Assembly: GCA_022560555.1 (NCBI GenBank)
Contig: JADFSZ010000001.1
Span: 1-32,000 of the forward strand
Reading direction: 5' to 3'
From: PVC group bacterium
Lineage (GTDB): Bacteria > GCA-001730085 > JADFSZ01
DNA: 32,000 nt
The notes below the pieces were generated by a model. The model was not told the DNA's origin. It was given only the letters and a program-made list of their open reading frames with translations, and ran no database searches. Shown piece after piece: positions 28,613 to 32,000 of the stretch. Position numbers and translations under genes: made by a program. Numbering within the stretch: position 1 is the first letter of the stretch; each line of letters begins with the position of its first letter.

Positions 28613-29168
28613 AACGTATCTTTTTTGTTCCGTCATTAATGATGAGCTTCAAGCGCACGGCTAAAGGCATTTTCTCTTCACTCCAGCGTTCCAGCCACAC
28701 ATAATTATTTGTCTCAGTATCGTATTTATAGTATTCAAAAGAGGCGGCTTCAATGTTTTCTAATTCGGATGATATTTCCCCGTCTTTGCCGCGGTATAAC
28801 ATGGAAATATCCTTAAATGCCCTTGTTAAGGTTTTATTCCGCGCGTCATACGTGTAACTGACTTGGCCGATGGTTTTTACCTCAAACTCTTTTGTGTAAA
28901 CAATTGTTGGACATTCAAATAACGTTTTTTGGCCGACAAATTGAATACTTGAATATGCATAGCTGTTTCGAATGTCTTCGGAATATCTTTCTAAAAAAAT
29001 GTTGGCATTTTCTAGAGAGACCTCGTTTTGAACTCGGCCCCAGATCATAATCCCCTTAGAAAGCGTTGTGTAAATGACAACACTCACAACCCCCAACAGG
29101 GATACGACTAAAAGAAGCTCGATGAGCGTCAGGCCTTTAGAATTCCGGACTTTCTTGATAATACGCAT
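28578..29168 (-). CDS. minor pseudopilin, GspJ-like (prepilin-type N-terminal cleavage/methylation domain)
   Basis: MRIIKKVRNSKG/LTLIELLLVVSLLGVV class III signal peptide with Glu at +5. Size and position match GspJ. Confidence 0.7.
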   Translation of the reverse strand: MRIIKKVRNSKGLTLIELLLVVSLLGVVSVVIYTTLSKGIMIWGRVQNEVSLENANIFLERYSEDIRNSYAYSSIQFVGQKTLFECPTIVYTKEFEVKTIGQVSYTYDARNKTLTRAFKDISMLYRGKDGEISSELENIEAASFEYYKYDTETNNYVWLERWSEEKMPLAVRLKLIINDGTKKIRYAKTVSILSGG

Positions 29169-29571
29169 AAGCTGTTCTTTCTATGTGAAATTCTCTTGTC
29201 TGGTTTTGACGCTCCCGATTTATATAAAATGAAACTTGAAATAGTAATTTTTTTCTGTCTTTGAGCTTATAATTAAGATTCCACGGATACTTGTCAACAC
29301 CAACAATAAGCGTACCGCTTGTGCGCATCTGAGGCCCCAGACTGCCATATCTCATAAGCTGGTTTTGGGCTTCCCAAATTTTCTCATCCACCCAGGGCAT
29401 AACGTTCAGGTAGTCTTTATAGTGACTTAAAAGATCTATATTCACAAAAAATGTTTGAAAGATGGAAACAATCCCCATAGACAATATGGAAACGGCAACC
29501 AGTATTTCGACTAAAGTAAAACCGCTTTTTCGCCCATCTTTTTTTCTAGTCCTTCCAATTCCGCACATCAT
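29137..29571 (-). CDS. minor pseudopilin, GspI/H-like (prepilin-type N-terminal cleavage/methylation domain)
   Basis: GRKSG/FTLVEILVAVSILSMGIV with Glu at +5. Start set at M8, which has GAGG 9 nt upstream. The track start at 29592 is an alternative. Confidence 0.7.
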   Translation of the reverse strand: MMCGIGRTRKKDGRKSGFTLVEILVAVSILSMGIVSIFQTFFVNIDLLSHYKDYLNVMPWVDEKIWEAQNQLMRYGSLGPQMRTSGTLIVGVDKYPWNLNYKLKDRKKLLFQVSFYINRERQNQTREFHIERTAYAYYQESPEF

Positions 29572-30061
29572 CGTCACTTTCCTCAATACCATCTTTGCCT
29601 ATGGAATAGAGATCATAATCCTTGCGATGATCTCCCGGGCTTTTATACTGATACGGACGCCCCCAGGGGTCGGTAATGTCTGTTTCTAAATAGGGACCGT
29701 GCCAGTTGGAGGCAGAGGCGGTTTTGCTAAGGAGGGCGCTTAAGCCTTCTGATGTAGACGGAAACGCTCCGTTATCCAGTTCATAGAGTTTGAGCGCTGT
29801 CGCAATATTAGCCTTAATGTCGGCTTCAGCAATAGTCACACGGGCCTGCTCGCTGCGCCCGGTGAGACGGGGCATCACCATCGCGGCTAAAGCACCGATG
29901 ATAATTACAACGAGCAAAAGCTCAACAAGGGTAAAACCCTGTTGATGGCGAAAGCCATTAACAGATCGGAGTTTTGATTTTTGCTTCACAGTATGCTTTC
30001 GATTTTGTCTTACATCTGTCGACTGTTGACTGTCGACTATTGACCCAAAAATATTTGTCAT
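29546..30061 (-). CDS. gspG: type II secretion major pseudopilin GspG
   Basis: QQG/FTLVELLLVVIIIGALAAMVMP, A..DI......AL..Y.LDNG.FP....GL.AL, W.GPYL, DPWG.PY.Y..PG......DL.S.G.DG. AAGGAG lies 8 nt upstream of the ATG at 30061, directly abutting the upstream stop codon. Confidence 0.88.
   Translation of the reverse strand: MTNIFGSIVDSQQSTDVRQNRKHTVKQKSKLRSVNGFRHQQGFTLVELLLVVIIIGALAAMVMPRLTGRSEQARVTIAEADIKANIATALKLYELDNGAFPSTSEGLSALLSKTASASNWHGPYLETDITDPWGRPYQYKSPGDHRKDYDLYSIGKDGIEESDDDVRNWKD
30016..30043. repeat. tandem 14-nt duplication inside the gspG leader-coding region
   Basis: Plus strand reads CTGTCGACTGTTGA|CTGTCGACTATTGA: two adjacent units with one mismatch, each containing GTCGAC. 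Confidence 0.8.
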
Positions 30062-30075
30062 TTCGTTTTCTCCTT

Positions 30076-30990
30076 TTACGAGCTTAATTTTTCTTCTAAA
30101 TACTCCCGCCATCGTTCTTCAAATTCATCCAAATTTTTCATTTTATTCGGGTACGCACTTTGAAGAGCCTCCTCGAGTTTTTTGCCGTCCCGCAGCTCAC
30201 GGCAAAACTGGGTAAATCTTTTTGCGCCGAACCGATCGATCATAAAGTTAATCATAGCCACGGATTCCAAATAATATGTTTTGACGAGACTCTCAACATC
30301 CAGGAAAAGGGCCGCCATTTTACCTTCCCGCGTTTTCGTGGCTCGAATATATATCCGATCCATATCCTTCAAAAGGCGAATATCGAGTTTCATCATGTCT
30401 TCAATACTGAGAAGTTTGTCCTCTTTATAATATTCCATGGCTGTTTGGCTCATGTATTCTCTCTTGGATTCTTCCGCCCATTGCGCCACTCCTTCATCCA
30501 GCCAGAGAGGAATCTCCCCTTTAAATCCCACAAAATCACGGAAAATCAAATGCGCCATTTCATGAGGCAGCAAGGATTCCACAAACCCTTCTCCCCAGGC
30601 ATAGCTGACGATTTGTTTGTGCGTATAATCAGCCATGCCATGCGACCATTCAGGCTGATCGGTCGCTTGAATAAAGGCCTTATGATCGGCAAAGATATAA
30701 ATCGGAACACGGTTATCCCATGTCCAAAAACCCGAATATCTCGGATAACCGAGTCCTTGAGCGATCCGCACATAATATTTTTCGGCTTTATCAAGTACGT
30801 TCTTGGCAAACTTGTCGTCATCCGTATAATATACAAAAAAATGTTCCCCGCTCACTTTCTTCCAGTCATAATTATCCAGGCTGACACGAATAGCTCCTTT
30901 CTGCCCGGCAAAGAGATCGCTCGTGTGGCCCAGGGCTAACAACAAAGCGCCCGCAATCCATATACTTTTCAATTGATGCATATGTTTCAT
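30076..30990 (-). CDS. secreted zinc metallopeptidase, MA clan (Peptidase_MA_2-like)
   Basis: Signal peptide (IWIAGALLLALGHTSDLFAG). HEMAH zinc motif in LLPHEMAHLIF, with downstream WLDEGVAQWAE as a candidate third ligand (gluzincin pattern). Confidence 0.75.
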   Translation of the reverse strand: MKHMHQLKSIWIAGALLLALGHTSDLFAGQKGAIRVSLDNYDWKKVSGEHFFVYYTDDDKFAKNVLDKAEKYYVRIAQGLGYPRYSGFWTWDNRVPIYIFADHKAFIQATDQPEWSHGMADYTHKQIVSYAWGEGFVESLLPHEMAHLIFRDFVGFKGEIPLWLDEGVAQWAEESKREYMSQTAMEYYKEDKLLSIEDMMKLDIRLLKDMDRIYIRATKTREGKMAALFLDVESLVKTYYLESVAMINFMIDRFGAKRFTQFCRELRDGKKLEEALQSAYPNKMKNLDEFEERWREYLEEKLSS

Positions 30991-31024
30991 TCACGTTCAC
31001 TAAATTGCATGTAAACGGTTCACA

Positions 31025-31066
31025 GTTTTCGATTTTCAGTTTTTGGTTTTCGGTTATCGGTCAACG
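31025..31066. repeat. degenerate tandem heptad array in the gspF-peptidase intergenic spacer
   Basis: Plus strand reads GTTTTCG ATTTTCA GTTTTTG GTTTTCG GTTATCG GTCAACG: six consecutive 7-nt units. On the mRNA strand this is CGTTGAC CGATAAC CGAAAAC CAAAAAC TGAAAAT CGAAAAC. Confidence 0.6.
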
Positions 31067-31068
31067 AA

Positions 31069-32000
31069 CTACATATTGATTTCAAATATTGGCAAAAGCA
31101 TCGCCATGACTATAAAACCCACTATGAGGCCCATGAAAAGGATAATGAGAGGCTCCATGAGATTGGCTAATATGCGTGACACCTCATCCGTATCGCGCTC
31201 ATAACTTGAGGCCACCTCACTTAAGGCTTCATCCAAAGATCCGGTCTCTTCACCTACAATAAGGAGATTGGTCATAAAAAGAGGAAAAACTTTGACGTCT
31301 TTGAGGCTTTCACCAAGAGGACTGCCGCGTTCCAATTGTTCATAACTCGTTTTTAGCGCGTTTTTCAGAACCTCATTTTTGAGAACCGGTATTGACACAT
31401 CGAGCGCCTTGAGAATCGTGATTCCGTTTCGAATCAAAATCTCAAGTGTCCGCGCAAAACGTGATATCTCGGATTTGAGAATAAATTCTCCGTAAATCGG
31501 AAGTTTTAGTTGGAATCGGCCGAAAGAAAGTTTTCCTGATTCTGTTTTAAGGCTCCGGCTAATGACCATACCGAGAAACACACAAGCAATAAGTATCCAA
31601 AGCCACCAGTCTTGGAGAAAAGTGCTGATGTCAATCAAAATTCTTGTCGGCATCGGGAGCTCTTGTCCCGTCCGGATAAACATCTCGGCCAATTTCGGCA
31701 CAACATAGCTCAACATAAAAATGACGGTTCCGAGTCCAACAAACGCCATCAGCGAGGGATAAACCATCGCCATCCGTAAACGAGCCATCAAAGCATGCTG
31801 TTTTTCCCGGTAATCTGAGATACGCATTAAGGCTTCAGGAAGAGATCCGCTGTTTTCTCCGGCATGAACAATCGAGATATACAAGGATGGGAAAACCTTC
31901 GGATACTTTTCTAAGGCCGAAGAAAAGGTTCCTCCGTCTTCAACAATGTCATGAATATCATTCAGCATAAAATTGAGACTTGCCTTGTCCGCCTGCTCGG
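31069..32000 (-). CDS. gspF: type II secretion / type IV pilus platform protein GspF/PilC family (partial; N-terminus beyond the window)
   Basis: Repeated T2SS-F domain motifs (G.TFSSAL.KYPKVFP.LY...V.AGE.SG.L..AL and a second copy GSPLGESL......FP.....L..VGEETG.LD..L). Three TM segments. The frame stays open from 31968 to the window edge. Confidence 0.88.
   Translation of the reverse strand, partial: EQADKASLNFMLNDIHDIVEDGGTFSSALEKYPKVFPSLYISIVHAGENSGSLPEALMRISDYREKQHALMARLRMAMVYPSLMAFVGLGTVIFMLSYVVPKLAEMFIRTGQELPMPTRILIDISTFLQDWWLWILIACVFLGMVISRSLKTESGKLSFGRFQLKLPIYGEFILKSEISRFARTLEILIRNGITILKALDVSIPVLKNEVLKNALKTSYEQLERGSPLGESLKDVKVFPLFMTNLLIVGEETGSLDEALSEVASSYERDTDEVSRILANLMEPLIILFMGLIVGFIVMAMLLPIFEINM

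Noticed and set aside
30160-30939. 259-aa plus-strand ORF, the longest unexplained ORF in the track
   Set aside because: It lies entirely antisense to the MA-peptidase gene. Its product is F/I/R/H-rich low-information sequence with no motifs. The minus-strand frame has a signal peptide, an HExxH...E site and operon context. This is a classic shadow ORF.

Overview
This is a densely coding bacterial chromosomal segment with about 36 CDS and 1 tRNA. It looks moderately AT-rich by eye. I found no rRNA, CRISPR array, transposase, integrase or recognisable defence genes.

Positions 1-19.9 kb are mostly on the + strand and are housekeeping:
- tRNA-Ala(GGC)
- an nfeD(long)-nfeD(short)-floA membrane-microdomain operon
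- DUF423 and DUF4202 genes, mdh, and a YgfZ-like folate-binding protein
- an MBL-fold hydrolase, and a thioredoxin-fold + FIST gene pair
- an A-type Fe-S carrier followed by thiC, bioB, queG and trxB
- a tightly coupled menaquinone block, ubiE/menG-menF-menD-menH

At 19.88-19.90 kb the coding strand flips. Everything from there to 32 kb is on the - strand:
- a GT-C (GT39-like) membrane glycosyltransferase and a stand-alone PilZ protein
- msrB, a GGCT-like gene, an exported C26 gamma-glutamyl hydrolase-like protein, and a cold-shock protein
- a roughly 8-kb type II secretion / type IV filament-like operon running off the window end

That operon is the most unusual part. Its order is gspF(partial), HExxH peptidase, gspG, two minor pseudopilins, gspK, PilM-PilN fusion, PilO/GspM-like, a secreted helical protein, and a membrane Zn-ribbon methyltransferase. 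It keeps the canonical gsp gene order but carries three embedded genes with no assigned role. Its major pseudopilin has an apparently 42-residue leader, and consecutive pseudopilin genes have long out-of-frame overlaps.

All functional calls come from motif and family recognition by eye. No database search could be run.
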